DNA from: a virus
Virus record (IMG/VR): IMGVR_UViG_3300005099_000066
Location: 1 to 64,000 of that record
Direction: 5' to 3' (one strand)
Length of the DNA stretch: 64,000 nucleotides
Shown here piece after piece: positions 48,673 to 59,503 of this stretch. Each line of letters begins with the position of its first letter. Position 1 is the stretch's first letter. Under the pieces are notes generated by a model that was given only the letters and a program-made list of their open reading frames with translations, searched no databases and was not told where the DNA came from. Made by a program: the position numbers and the translations under genes.

Positions 48673-49151
48673 ATGGGGAGTGGGCTGTTGCCGTTGTAAA
48701 GCCCCATAGTCATCCTTTAATTGAGTATCGATATTCAAATTATTTGCTGAAAAAAGGATTTCCAGAGATTTCTTTTTCATATATAAAACATAACAACAGA
48801 ATATATCCGAGTTATTATCTGTTTGTTAGAATACAGAATCCGTTGAATTTTGATTTTGAACTATGGAGAAATCTTGAGCCAAATCTTTTCTTTTGGTTGC
48901 CTTACGGAGCAGAAAGACCATATATGATAGCAGAAAAAGATGTTTCTACATACTTTTCGAATCTTGAAAATTATTTGAACAAAATTTTCAAAAACAAATA
49001 CGAATCTGGAGATAGAGTATGGATTCCTCAGCTTGAAAAGGAAGGTTTTGTAGTTGAAGTTAGACATAAAGTTCTTCTGGTCGCAACTGAACTGATGAGG
49101 AGAACTATTTATATTACTGTTCCAAAATCAGATGTTGTAATGATGAGGTAA
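48642..49151 (+). CDS. NusG-like (NGN+KOW) transcription elongation/antitermination factor, divergent
   Basis: WAVAVVKP...IYPSYYLFVR...PYMIAEKDV...YESGDRVWI...EGFVVEV. Confidence 0.6.
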   Translation: MEREKQTIHIDGEWAVAVVKPHSHPLIEYRYSNYLLKKGFPEISFSYIKHNNRIYPSYYLFVRIQNPLNFDFELWRNLEPNLFFWLPYGAERPYMIAEKDVSTYFSNLENYLNKIFKNKYESGDRVWIPQLEKEGFVVEVRHKVLLVATELMRRTIYITVPKSDVVMMR

Positions 49152-49152
49152 T

Positions 49153-49632
49153 ATGATTAGAAAGCCTTACAGAATTGATATACTTACTGGAATGTTCCAA
49201 GAAGTTGAGCATATACCTGATAATATTTTGTTGTTTTCCATTTATGGTGTTCTTCTTGATAGATATAAAAAATCCAGAGTGATTGAATTTGATAAGCAAT
49301 TTATAGAGCACAGAATGATATTAAGACTTTTATGGAAAAGGCTTTCATCTGAGATAATTGATTTGTTTTATGGAAGAAGATTAAAAATTGCAATGATTTT
49401 TCTTCAATCCCCTGAGTATCCAAAACCAGTTATAGCTTCTATTTTGGGAATGAAATTAAAACGATTATATTATGAAAAATTTGTTGTTTATAACAGATTG
49501 AAGCAAAGGTTTATTTATGAGTTTGATGTTTTGAAGTTTTTGGAATTGTGTAATAAATTGTGGGGTTCTAAATTGCTTATATATTCATATAAGTCTTTGG
49601 AAAAATTATCTGGAATTAAATCTGATAAATAG
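49153..49632 (+). CDS. Hypothetical protein with possible sigma-region-4-like HTH
   Basis: KPVIASILGMKLKRLYYEK...YNRLK. Confidence 0.35.
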   Translation: MIRKPYRIDILTGMFQEVEHIPDNILLFSIYGVLLDRYKKSRVIEFDKQFIEHRMILRLLWKRLSSEIIDLFYGRRLKIAMIFLQSPEYPKPVIASILGMKLKRLYYEKFVVYNRLKQRFIYEFDVLKFLELCNKLWGSKLLIYSYKSLEKLSGIKSDK

Positions 49633-49643
49633 GAGGAATAAAG

Positions 49644-50579
49644 ATGAACATTTTGATAATTGGTGATACACATTTTCATAACTGGAAATACAAAAAACTT
49701 GTTGATTATCAGTATGAATTTATGAATAAAATTATTCCTGATGTATTGAAAAACAATTCTGTTGATAGTATTGTTCTTCTTGGGGATTTATTTGAATCAA
49801 GAAGACTTGTTGATAAAAGACTCGTTGTTGCTGTATTCGAATGGTTAGAAACTCTTGGCCAGAATTATCCCTTCTTTTTTGTTTTGGGAAATCATGACTT
49901 TTATGATTTAACATATTCTCCATTTGAAAAGGCTTTTAAAAAGGTAAAAGTTATTTCAAAACCTGAAATAATTTCAGTAAAAGGTGTTAAGTTGGGATTT
50001 TTGCCTTGGAATTACTGGAAAGATGAAGATATGAAATCCGTATCTGAAGCAGAGGTTATCTTTTGCCATTTGGAAATAAAAGGTCACAAATACTCTCCAG
50101 TATATTCGTATGCTTCTCCAGAAGGTTTGACTTTTATTCCAAAAGACAAAATCATATTTAATGGTCATTATCACATTCCCTCTGATGAAGGAAGCTTGAT
50201 ATTCGTTGGTTCTATTTTACAGAAGAATTTATCTGATTTGGGTTCTAAAAAATCTGTTATTTTGTTTAATTCTGATTCAAAATCTTATGAAAGAATATCT
50301 CTTCCCCATCCTGAATTCAAATTGGCTTTGTCGAGAGTTGAATTTGAGGAAATGAGAACAAAATCAGATAAAAGCAACATAATTCCTGTTTTTCAGCCAG
50401 CAAAACTTTCTAATTCAAGTTCTACTGATATGTCCACTGAACAGTTGAATGTATTTGAACTTGTTGTTGGGGCAGTAAAAAAATTGTCGAAGCAGTTTAA
50501 TATAAAAGCTGACTTTGGATTGAAACTTGTAAAAGAATATTATGAAAAGGAGATGTCTCATGAAGCTGATAAAAGTTAA
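49644..50579 (+). CDS. Mre11/SbcD (gp47-like) nuclease
   Basis: GDTH, LGDLFE, GNHD, CHLE, GHYH; adjacent to Rad50. Confidence 0.9.
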   Translation: MNILIIGDTHFHNWKYKKLVDYQYEFMNKIIPDVLKNNSVDSIVLLGDLFESRRLVDKRLVVAVFEWLETLGQNYPFFFVLGNHDFYDLTYSPFEKAFKKVKVISKPEIISVKGVKLGFLPWNYWKDEDMKSVSEAEVIFCHLEIKGHKYSPVYSYASPEGLTFIPKDKIIFNGHYHIPSDEGSLIFVGSILQKNLSDLGSKKSVILFNSDSKSYERISLPHPEFKLALSRVEFEEMRTKSDKSNIIPVFQPAKLSNSSSTDMSTEQLNVFELVVGAVKKLSKQFNIKADFGLKLVKEYYEKEMSHEADKS

Positions 50580-52125
50580 AGTGAATAGATTTATGTCATT
50601 GCAAAATATTGAATTTGATTTTCCTGCTGGAGTGATTCTTGTTGAAGGCTACAATGAGGAAACAGGAGGAAGCAATGGAGCAGGTAAGTCTTCTTTGTTT
50701 GAAGCAGTATTTTATGCTCTGTATGGAAAAACTCTGAGAGGTTCTACAGATAACAAAGCCAATGTCGAACTTGAATTTATGGATAATGAAGGTAATGTCT
50801 GGTTTATTCACAGAACAAAGATGAAACTCTCTTTGTTCAAGAATGGAAAGGCAATAACTGATTTAAAAACAAATTTACAGAAAAGGATTGAACAAATTAT
50901 TGGAGTTTCTTGGAGAACTTTTCAAACAATAATATATTTTACACCTTACACAATAACAAAATGGTTTGTTGAGTTTTCTGATACAGACAGAAAAAATATG
51001 TTTTCTGAGATTTTGAATCTCCAATGGTTAGATGCTTTGCTTAATAATGTAAAGAATAAAAGGAAAGAGCTTGAATCTCAATTTCTACAAAAACAAAATG
51101 AGTTCAATACTTCAAGGGCAATAATTTCTGAATTGGAAGAGGCTCTTAAACCTGCTGAAGGAATAAAATTAGCCATAAACAAAAAAATAGAAGCTTTGAA
51201 GGAAATGGGATTTGATTTTAACCAATCTTCTCTCCAGGCATTTAAGGAATCTATTGAAGAAGTAATAAATAAAATGTCGCAAGAACTTTCCCAATTAGAG
51301 TTTAAAAGAAGGGAATTAAGTGGGAAAATAAATGAAAATATGTCCCAGATAAGTAGAATAAAAGTGCTTACTGTTTGTCCTACCTGTAAACAGAAAGTTT
51401 CTGATGAGCACAAATCAAAAATTGAAATGGATTTGAAAATGTCTAATGATAACATGAATAAGGAGTTGATGAATTTATCTGCCAAAATAACAGAACTTCA
51501 ATCAGAAGTGACAAGATGGACAGGTATTTTGAATATATTCAAAGAAATCGAAATTCTGCAAGCTCAATTAAATAATTTTTCAGGCCAATACAAGAGGCTC
51601 GAAAAGTATAAGAATTTGTTACCAAAACAATTCAAAGAATTAGAGAAACTTGAAAAAGAAGTTGAAGAAATGAAAATTTGGGAAAAAATATTTTCTCCAA
51701 CTGGAGTAAAATCAATTGTTCTTGAAAATATAATAAATTTCGTTTCTCAGTATATGAAGGTTTATTCATATATAATGGGATTGGAAGTTGAGACTGTTAT
51801 TGATAACAAAGGAAAAATAAATTACTCTGTTGACTATAAGTCATTATCTTCTGGAGAAAGAAGAAGAGTTGAAGTTGCTCTTCTTTTTGCTCTCAGACAG
51901 GTTATTCCTGTTCCATTTGATTTGCTGGTTATTGATGAAATATTTGACCATCTTGATTATGTTGGGCTTGAATCTGTTAGTCCAATAATAGAAGAATTTT
52001 CTATGGCGAATAATTTGCCCGTATTTGTTGTCTCGCACAGACCAGATTTGCCTATTCCTTATACTGAAAAGTGGAGAATAGTGAAAACGAAGGGGGGGAT
52101 ATCAAATGTCCTTGAAAGACAGTAA
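50560..52125 (+). CDS. Rad50/SbcC (gp46-like) ATPase
   Basis: SNGAGKSS, CPTC hook, LSSGE, IDEIFD, VVSH. Confidence 0.92.
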   Translation: MKLIKVKVNRFMSLQNIEFDFPAGVILVEGYNEETGGSNGAGKSSLFEAVFYALYGKTLRGSTDNKANVELEFMDNEGNVWFIHRTKMKLSLFKNGKAITDLKTNLQKRIEQIIGVSWRTFQTIIYFTPYTITKWFVEFSDTDRKNMFSEILNLQWLDALLNNVKNKRKELESQFLQKQNEFNTSRAIISELEEALKPAEGIKLAINKKIEALKEMGFDFNQSSLQAFKESIEEVINKMSQELSQLEFKRRELSGKINENMSQISRIKVLTVCPTCKQKVSDEHKSKIEMDLKMSNDNMNKELMNLSAKITELQSEVTRWTGILNIFKEIEILQAQLNNFSGQYKRLEKYKNLLPKQFKELEKLEKEVEEMKIWEKIFSPTGVKSIVLENIINFVSQYMKVYSYIMGLEVETVIDNKGKINYSVDYKSLSSGERRRVEVALLFALRQVIPVPFDLLVIDEIFDHLDYVGLESVSPIIEEFSMANNLPVFVVSHRPDLPIPYTEKWRIVKTKGGISNVLERQ

Positions 52126-52654
52126 CAATAAATTTGTGAAAATTATAGGAATTGACCCTTCTATTGTGTCATTAGGCTTTTCGGTAATACAGGGACATTC
52201 TAAATGTAATGATTTTGTTTATACTGCTGGTGGAGTGTTTGAAGTGCCTTCTGATTTGGATTTGGCTTCCAGATATAGAAGAATACGATATTTTATTGAG
52301 ACTTTGTGCGAAATATATAATCCTGATATGTTTGTGATAGAGGATGTTGATTTTAGACCATTCATAAAGAGACAGGTTCAATCCTATTTGTTTGGCTCAT
52401 TTGCTGTGATTTTATCTGCTATTCCATCTTATATAGGTTATTATGCTATTAGAAAACAAAAGGTGAATACCATTCTTGGCCTGATTGAGAAAGGGAAGAA
52501 AAAATCTTCAAAGCAGATAAAGCAATCTGTGATAAAAAGGTATGAAAAATACTTGAGAGGCATAAAAGACAAAAACAAAGAACATGTGGCAGATTCGATA
52601 GCAGTTGTTGAAGCTTTCTTGAGGGAAAGCGATGTTGGAAGTTTGCAAGTATAA
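52106..52654 (+). CDS. ruvC: RuvC-like Holliday junction resolvase
   Basis: IIGIDPS..SLG, VIED, HVADSIAV. Confidence 0.85.
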   Translation: MSLKDSNNKFVKIIGIDPSIVSLGFSVIQGHSKCNDFVYTAGGVFEVPSDLDLASRYRRIRYFIETLCEIYNPDMFVIEDVDFRPFIKRQVQSYLFGSFAVILSAIPSYIGYYAIRKQKVNTILGLIEKGKKKSSKQIKQSVIKRYEKYLRGIKDKNKEHVADSIAVVEAFLRESDVGSLQV

Positions 52655-54344
52655 AAGTGGGTTCTTAATCAAAAACATAACCTCTGAACAGCTCCGAAAG
52701 TATTATTCTACATTTGGTAGAAAAGCAAAAATTATTTCTGTTGATGGAGTTTATTCACTTTATTTGTCGAGATTAAATATTTATCACTTGAGATTTTTTA
52801 CTGAACTTGATAGCTTTTTGTCTTTATCTCCAGAGGTTCAATCTGAAATAGAAATAAGTCAAGAAGAGGTTTTGAGGGATGCTATTGCTCAATATACTCC
52901 TGAAGAAATCTTTCCTGATGTTGATTTCAAAAGATATGTGGATTTAGATTTATATGATTTTCAGAAAAGAGCAATAAGAAGAGCTTTCAATCAGTTTTCG
53001 TATGGACTATTTTTTGAAATGAGATGTGGAAAAACCATTACATCACTTGTTTTGTCTGCTCTCTGGTTTGAAAAGGGTATTATTGATTCAATTGTAGTTG
53101 TATCTCCTTTATCTGCTGTTGAGGGATGGCAGAGAGAAATAGAAAGAATGAAAGTCCCAAAAATGAAATATTTCTTTGCTCCCGATTATAAGAGTATGTT
53201 AAAATTAAAAAAGGCTATTTCCAATTGTTGTTCTGTTGGGATTCTGCCTATTATTCATTTTCATTATGAATTTTGGAGAACGAAAAGATGGGAAGAATTT
53301 TTGAATGAAGTTTTGGGTTCTGTTGGGAAATTTGTTTTAATTCTTGATGAGAGTCACAAAGTTAAAAATCCTCAATCAAAAGTTCATAAAATACTTTATG
53401 CCTTATCAAGATATGCCAAAAGAACATTACTTCTAACTGGAACTCCAATAGGAAATACAATAGAGGATTTGTGGGCACAATCGAAGTTTTTGAATCTACA
53501 GCACAAACTCGGAGAAACTTTAACAAAATTCAGAGCCAAATTTATGTATTCGATTCCAGGAATGTATGGATGGTTTGAAAGGAAAGGAGCAAGACAGCAG
53601 GTTCTTTATCTTATTTCCAATTCGGTTATGTCTGTTTCACAAAAGGATGTATTTAAAACTCAGAAAGTATTTATGGAGACTCTGCATTATGATTTGAATT
53701 CTGAACAAAGAAGAGTGTATGATGGAATAGTTGATAGAATACAATTTGATTTGAAGGATGGAAAAATAACAATCAACAATGCTTTGACAAGGTCATTAAA
53801 ACTTTTACAAGTTTGCTCTGGATTTGTTATAAATGACAATGGAGTAATAGAAGATTTTACTTCAGAAAAAGACAAATTGTTATTAGACATATTGGATACA
53901 TATTCTGATGCTCCAATTGTAATTTGGACAATTTTTGATTATGAAGCAGACAAACTTTTGAAACTAATAAACAAAAAATTGAAGAGAAAAGCAATTGTTG
54001 TTGATGGAAGAACTCCAAAGGATAAAAGAACAAATTTGATTAGTTTGTTCAAAGAGGGTTCTTATAATGTGTTGATTTCGAAACCGCAAGTTTTATCTTT
54101 GGGAACGGATTTGTCGAGTTCAAGAATTGCTATATTTTATTCCAGAAGTTATTCACACATAGATAGAGAACAGGCTTTATCCAGATTGTTAAATCCAGAA
54201 GTTAAATCAGCAATTGCTATTATTGATTTAGTTGGTAGAAACACAGTTGAAGAAAGGGTTTTGGAAATTCTGAATAAAAAGAAAGAAATATCTGAAGAAG
54301 TAAAAAGTTATACAAGCTTTATCAAATTGATAAAAAGGAGCTGA
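52632..54344 (+). CDS. SNF2-family helicase
   Basis: EMRCGKT, ILDESH, LTGTP, GTDL, QALSR. Confidence 0.9.
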   Translation: MLEVCKYKSGFLIKNITSEQLRKYYSTFGRKAKIISVDGVYSLYLSRLNIYHLRFFTELDSFLSLSPEVQSEIEISQEEVLRDAIAQYTPEEIFPDVDFKRYVDLDLYDFQKRAIRRAFNQFSYGLFFEMRCGKTITSLVLSALWFEKGIIDSIVVVSPLSAVEGWQREIERMKVPKMKYFFAPDYKSMLKLKKAISNCCSVGILPIIHFHYEFWRTKRWEEFLNEVLGSVGKFVLILDESHKVKNPQSKVHKILYALSRYAKRTLLLTGTPIGNTIEDLWAQSKFLNLQHKLGETLTKFRAKFMYSIPGMYGWFERKGARQQVLYLISNSVMSVSQKDVFKTQKVFMETLHYDLNSEQRRVYDGIVDRIQFDLKDGKITINNALTRSLKLLQVCSGFVINDNGVIEDFTSEKDKLLLDILDTYSDAPIVIWTIFDYEADKLLKLINKKLKRKAIVVDGRTPKDKRTNLISLFKEGSYNVLISKPQVLSLGTDLSSSRIAIFYSRSYSHIDREQALSRLLNPEVKSAIAIIDLVGRNTVEERVLEILNKKKEISEEVKSYTSFIKLIKRS

Positions 54345-54346
54345 AA

Positions 54347-54988
54347 ATGACTCTAATAGATAAAGGAAGATTAAAAATGAAAGTTTCTGAAGTTGTGTCT
54401 GTTTGGAGGAAAGTTATTACTATGAAGAAAATAAAAACTTCGGTGAGAGGAAAAAGAGCGGAGCAAATAATAGAAAAATTGCTTAACAAACATCCAGCAG
54501 ATGAAATCGTGTCTGTATTTGCTTCTTTACCTTCAAATTCCAGATTTGAATTATGGTGGTTGTTAAATGATAAGGCTTATGAAAGATACTTAAAGTCTTC
54601 TGAAGCAAAACAAAGGAAAGGCTCTTCAGAAGGAATAGAGCCATCTTTTAGAAATGATTTAGAATATGTATTCAATTACTTTATAAGAATGAACATACCC
54701 AAAATAAGACAGAGAAAGATGACATATCAAGAACTTTTGATGAGTTTGCCTTCTTTCGAACCACAGGTTCAAAGTTGGTTATTAGTTGACCCTGTTTATA
54801 GAGAACTTTCGAAATTGAGAATAATTCAGCCAAAAGAAACAAAACATCTGAAGGCTTTATATAGAAAAAAGTCAATAAGACAAAAACTTGAAACAGAATT
54901 TCAAAATTTTGTAGAACATCATCCTGATTTGAGAGAAATAATAAGTGAAGAATTGGAAGTGCTTGAGGAATTTAAACAGGAGGTGTGA
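54347..54988 (+). CDS. Hypothetical protein (possible helicase loader)
   Basis: Directly upstream of DnaB. Confidence 0.5.
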   Translation: MTLIDKGRLKMKVSEVVSVWRKVITMKKIKTSVRGKRAEQIIEKLLNKHPADEIVSVFASLPSNSRFELWWLLNDKAYERYLKSSEAKQRKGSSEGIEPSFRNDLEYVFNYFIRMNIPKIRQRKMTYQELLMSLPSFEPQVQSWLLVDPVYRELSKLRIIQPKETKHLKALYRKKSIRQKLETEFQNFVEHHPDLREIISEELEVLEEFKQEV

Positions 54989-54992
54989 ATAG

Positions 54993-56228
54993 TTGAAAGC
55001 AAACATTGAAAAATATATTTTGAATACTATGTTAATTTCTCCTTCACATTGTATTGATTTAATAGATTTGGGAGTGGACAAATATGTTGAACATCCTATA
55101 ATAAAACCAATTGTTTCTTTCATATCCTCCTATTATAGACAACACAAAAAGATTCCTCCTGCTGATTTGATAGTAGAAAATTTCCCACAACAAAAATACT
55201 TTCTTTCTGAGATTGTTAACCTTGAGCCTGCTCCTGATTGGGCTGTTTCTGAAGTAGAAAAATTTGTAAAAACGGTAAAGGTTCAGAAATTAACTGAATT
55301 TATTCTAACTAATTCAAGCAATCCGAAAATAACTCCTGAAGAGTTGTGGGAAAAGGGAAGAGAAATTTTGAGATTAAGAACTCCTTCAAGACTTGGAGTT
55401 GATTATTTTTCTGAAATTCCAAGACCATATTATGAAAAATTTCATCCAGAAAGTTTGGAGAACATTATTCCTACTGGACTTGTAAAGCTTGATGAATTGA
55501 TGTATGGAGGAATGAGGAAAGGATGGTTTGGATTTGTTATGGGTGGAACTGGAATGGGAAAATCTGCTCTGTTAATAAATTTTACGGCAAATGCTTTGTT
55601 GTTCAATAAAAAGGTTTTATACATTTCTTTGGAAATGTCTGTTGATGAAGTTATGCTGAGAATTGATGCTAAACTGACAGGCAAAACAATGGAAGAATTA
55701 TCTAATCCAAGTATGGATAATTATTTGAGGCAATTTCTTTCTATGGTAAAACAGAAATATACAGAAGCAAATTTGAGATTGATTTACTTTCCTTCGAAGA
55801 GTATAACTGTGAACAAAATTCCTTCAATCATAGAATCTTTTCAGATGATAAATTTCAAACCAGATTTGCTTGTTATTGACTTTGCTGATTACTTTGCTCC
55901 CCTTTCTAAAAGAAATTCGGCATGGGAAGAGGTAGTTGATACATTTCAGGTTCTGCCAGGATTTGCTAAAGAATATGATATGGCAATCTGGACTGCTACT
56001 GAAATAGGAAAAGCAAAAATGTATAACGAACAGGCAACAATAGATACTATGTATGGTGGTTCAGGAAAATCTTTTGGTGCTGATATTATTTTGGGAATAT
56101 CTGCTACTAAAGAGGAAGCAAGGCTTGGTGGTTTAAGATTAACTGTGTCGAAATTTAGACATGGAAGAAGTTTAATTGACATTCCTGTGTTTTTTGATAG
56201 AGCAAGAATGTTAATAAAAACCTTATAA
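54993..56228 (+). CDS. DnaB/gp41-like replicative helicase
   Basis: IPTG..KLD...GG, GGTGMGKS, YISLEM, VIDFAD, IWTATE, KFRHG. Confidence 0.9.
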   Translation: MKANIEKYILNTMLISPSHCIDLIDLGVDKYVEHPIIKPIVSFISSYYRQHKKIPPADLIVENFPQQKYFLSEIVNLEPAPDWAVSEVEKFVKTVKVQKLTEFILTNSSNPKITPEELWEKGREILRLRTPSRLGVDYFSEIPRPYYEKFHPESLENIIPTGLVKLDELMYGGMRKGWFGFVMGGTGMGKSALLINFTANALLFNKKVLYISLEMSVDEVMLRIDAKLTGKTMEELSNPSMDNYLRQFLSMVKQKYTEANLRLIYFPSKSITVNKIPSIIESFQMINFKPDLLVIDFADYFAPLSKRNSAWEEVVDTFQVLPGFAKEYDMAIWTATEIGKAKMYNEQATIDTMYGGSGKSFGADIILGISATKEEARLGGLRLTVSKFRHGRSLIDIPVFFDRARMLIKTL

Positions 56229-56240
56229 GGAGGTGTATAT

Positions 56241-57639
56241 ATGGGAGCTCATGGAAATTATGGAAGAAATAACGGTCAAATAAAGGTAGCTTATTTAAAT
56301 TGGGTTAGAAAGTATGTTGTTTCTTTGTCTGATGAAAAGATTGTCGAAGACTTGAAGATTTTGGAGAATCTTCCGAAAGGCTATTATGATTGGGAAATTA
56401 TTGCATGTCCACATTTCTCTCCAGAAGAATTTGAGTATATATCGAAATTTTATGTTGATTATTTGGGTCACGAGTTGAGATTCGCAATAAGAAAGAGAAC
56501 ATTTTACGATGGGGAGTATGTTTGGGAAAATTCAGAGGAGGGAAGTGTAATATGATTATTTTTGCTGTGTCTGTGTTTATTGCTTGTGTTGCTTTGTTTG
56601 TATTTTATTTGTTGAATATAAATAAATTTTTAAAAAGGAGGAGTGATGAAATGAATGAAAAAGCAAAAAATAAAAGCCTGGTAGATAAATTGTTAGAATT
56701 GGGATTTGAAATAATAATCCGCAAATCACATGAGAAAAAATTCGAAAGAGTTGCTGTTGAAATAATGCTATCAAAGAAAATAAAGTATCAGTCTCAGGAT
56801 GTCGGATATATAGAAATAAAGTCATTTGGAATGGCAAATGATTTTGAGACAGCTTTAAGAATTGCTGTTAAGAGGCTTGAGCCTCTTATAAAAGTAGAGG
56901 AGGTATAGAAAATGTTTGTAAAAATGTATGAAAAAAATGAAAAGCCACGTAATATATTTACAGCATATCAGCTTGAGGAAGTAAAGGTGATAAAAGTAGG
57001 AGAAGAAAATTCTGAAACAAAAATCAAGTTATGGATAAAAGCTTCGTTTCCAGAAAAGGATGTTATTGAAATAGTATTAAATGAGGATGAAATGGTAAAA
57101 ATTGCTAATTTATTGAATGAAAATGATAGGAGGTGATAAAGATGAGGGAATTAACAGCATATCATATAACTATAAGAAAGGACAAAGTATCATGGCCAAA
57201 TGATAGTTTCAGGTCTGCTGAACATCAATTTTATAAATGTAATGATGGTAAAATAATAGTAGTTGCGAGTGACCCTTTCCTTATTCTTGAAAGATTAAAA
57301 ATGGGAGATGTTGTCGAAAAAATAGAAGTTTTGGGAACTGGATATGTTTTCCAAAAGAGACCATCACTTTCAGAATTTGTTGATTTTGTGAGTTGTTACA
57401 AGGAAACTTTAGAAGAACTAAACAAAGCTATATCAGACAAATTTGGAGAAATGAAAACTGAAATCGAGTTTGATAAAAAAGTTATGTTTATTACTATTTA
57501 CTCAACTCTCACTCCAGCTGAAACGTGGAACAGATTAGATAGAATATGCAAACAATTTGACTTTGCTGAATTGCCCATAGTCATAAGAATTGAACATGTT
57601 GATAGTGATAAAGAACCAAAAAAGGTGGTAACATTATGA
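56241..57639 (+). CDS. Run of small hypothetical genes
   Basis: Tiling, RBS-preceded ORFs. Confidence 0.5.
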
Positions 57640-58160
57640 AAAGTGAAACTGCTTTCTATTTGATGCAAATATTTATGGACAAATATAATGAAGTATTGCC
57701 AGGGGGAATCGAGGTTAAAAGAACTGACGAATTCCATCAATTTTTTGATTCGATGGAGTGGATTTATGAATTTCTTGAGAGAAAGAATATACCGAAAGAT
57801 AAGTTCGAATTGGTATGGGAAGCACAAAGAAGATTAAGAGAATTCTACAAAAGGGCAAGACCAGAGTGGTTTGAAGAATCTAATCTCCAGAGGGCAATAA
57901 CAAAAACAATTGCTATGCTTGTTGAGTCAGCTGAAACTTTGAATGAACTTCCCTGGAAACCTTGGAAATCGAAGGAGTTTAACAGGAAGAAAATTCTTGA
58001 GGAGTTTGTTGATGTCTTTCATTTCTGGATGGATGCTCTACAGGAAATGGGCTTTACGCTTGATGAAGTTGTTGACTGTTATATTAAGAAATGCAGAAAG
58101 AACATAGTTAGACAATACAAACATGAAGGATATAAATCAAAAACTTTGGAGGAAAAATAA
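57636..58160 (+). CDS. Dimeric all-alpha dUTPase/dNTP pyrophosphatase
   Basis: VESAETLNELPWKPWK...EEFVDVFHF...Y..K...NIVRQ. Confidence 0.88.
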   Translation: MKSETAFYLMQIFMDKYNEVLPGGIEVKRTDEFHQFFDSMEWIYEFLERKNIPKDKFELVWEAQRRLREFYKRARPEWFEESNLQRAITKTIAMLVESAETLNELPWKPWKSKEFNRKKILEEFVDVFHFWMDALQEMGFTLDEVVDCYIKKCRKNIVRQYKHEGYKSKTLEEK

Positions 58161-58459
58161 TGTATCCGACAATCAATCTTGTTGTCTTTGATAAGCTTGT
58201 TCTGAATCCTGTTTATCTCATTTATGAAACAAAGTTGGCTGTTTTGCTTGAAATAAATGGAAAGAAAGAGTGGATTCCCAAATCACTTTTGTATTTGGTA
58301 AAGGATAATGATAATAATCGAGTGTATGGCTGGATTCCTGATTGGAAATTTAAACAAGCCTGGGGTTCTATTGAGAAATTTAACACAAAAGACTTTATGA
58401 TGAGTGACATTCCAAAAGAGGTAAAACAAAAATTCAGACAAATGATAGCTGGAGAATGA
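58160..58459 (+). CDS. Hypothetical protein
   Basis: ETKLAVLL...EWIPKS...IPDW. Confidence 0.55.
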   Translation: MYPTINLVVFDKLVLNPVYLIYETKLAVLLEINGKKEWIPKSLLYLVKDNDNNRVYGWIPDWKFKQAWGSIEKFNTKDFMMSDIPKEVKQKFRQMIAGE

Positions 58460-58483
58460 ATCTAATATATAGGGGAAAGTGAA

Positions 58484-59503
58484 ATGACTATTGTTATCAA
58501 ATCAAATAATTTCTTCGAGGCAATAAATGAGGTATTCTTTCTCATAAAGGATAAAGGAAAAGTCAGAAAAACAAGAAACACAGAATCTGTCTATATACCT
58601 GATTTAGTTGTTATTGATGTAAAAGACCCAACTAAATTTACTTCATATCCCCATCCTTCCAGGAAGGTTTTTCCTCCTGCTCAATTTTATGAAGTTGCTT
58701 GGGTATTATCTGGAAGAAATGATGTGTTGGGATTGGAATTGGTTTTGAAAAGGGCAAGACAATTTTCTGATAACTTTCATCAATGGAGAGGAGGGTATGG
58801 TCCCCGAATACATTGGAATAGAAATATATTTAAGATAATAGAATTGTTAAACAAAGACCCAGAAACAAGAAGAGCAATCCTTCCTATATTTTTTCCAGAG
58901 GATGTCGAAGCAACTCATTGGTCTTTGGATATTCCTTGTTCGATTATGATTCACTTCCTTCCCATAGATGATAGGCTTGATGCAAGATTTTTTATCAGAA
59001 GCAATGATGCCTTCTGGGGCTTTACTCATATAAATTTCGTTCTGATAAGAACAATCCAGAGAATAGTTGCTTATTTCTCAAACAAAAAGGTAGGACATTT
59101 ACAATACATTGCTTCAGATTTGCATGTTTACAAAAGGCATATGAACAGACTTGAAAAAATATTGAAAAGTGTTGTCTTTCCTACTTTAGTTAAATCATAC
59201 CCCTGGGATGTCTTTGAGGATAATGAATTTGATAGTCCAGAAAGTTTCTTTAAGATTTTACAAAGAGATTTGGCTGTGCTTGATTATGTTTTGATGGATA
59301 AGTCAATAAAGAAAACAAAAAGCAAATTTTTACTTGATTCAAAACCTGCTGATTACTTATTGAATTCCCCTCTCAGAAGATGGTGGCTTCCCATTTTGGC
59401 TTGGAAGAAAGGTAATTTGGAAATTATGAAAGAATATATTGATAATGTTGAAGAAACTGATGTATATGAGGCTTTGGAACTATGGATGAGAAAAGAACAA
59501 TAA
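58484..59503 (+). CDS. Thymidylate-synthase-superfamily enzyme, most like phage dUMP hydroxymethylases
   Basis: WVLSGRND, FSD...WRGGYGPR, DPETRRA, DIPC, RSNDAFWGFTHIN, LHVY. Confidence 0.8.
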   Translation: MTIVIKSNNFFEAINEVFFLIKDKGKVRKTRNTESVYIPDLVVIDVKDPTKFTSYPHPSRKVFPPAQFYEVAWVLSGRNDVLGLELVLKRARQFSDNFHQWRGGYGPRIHWNRNIFKIIELLNKDPETRRAILPIFFPEDVEATHWSLDIPCSIMIHFLPIDDRLDARFFIRSNDAFWGFTHINFVLIRTIQRIVAYFSNKKVGHLQYIASDLHVYKRHMNRLEKILKSVVFPTLVKSYPWDVFEDNEFDSPESFFKILQRDLAVLDYVLMDKSIKKTKSKFLLDSKPADYLLNSPLRRWWLPILAWKKGNLEIMKEYIDNVEETDVYEALELWMRKEQ

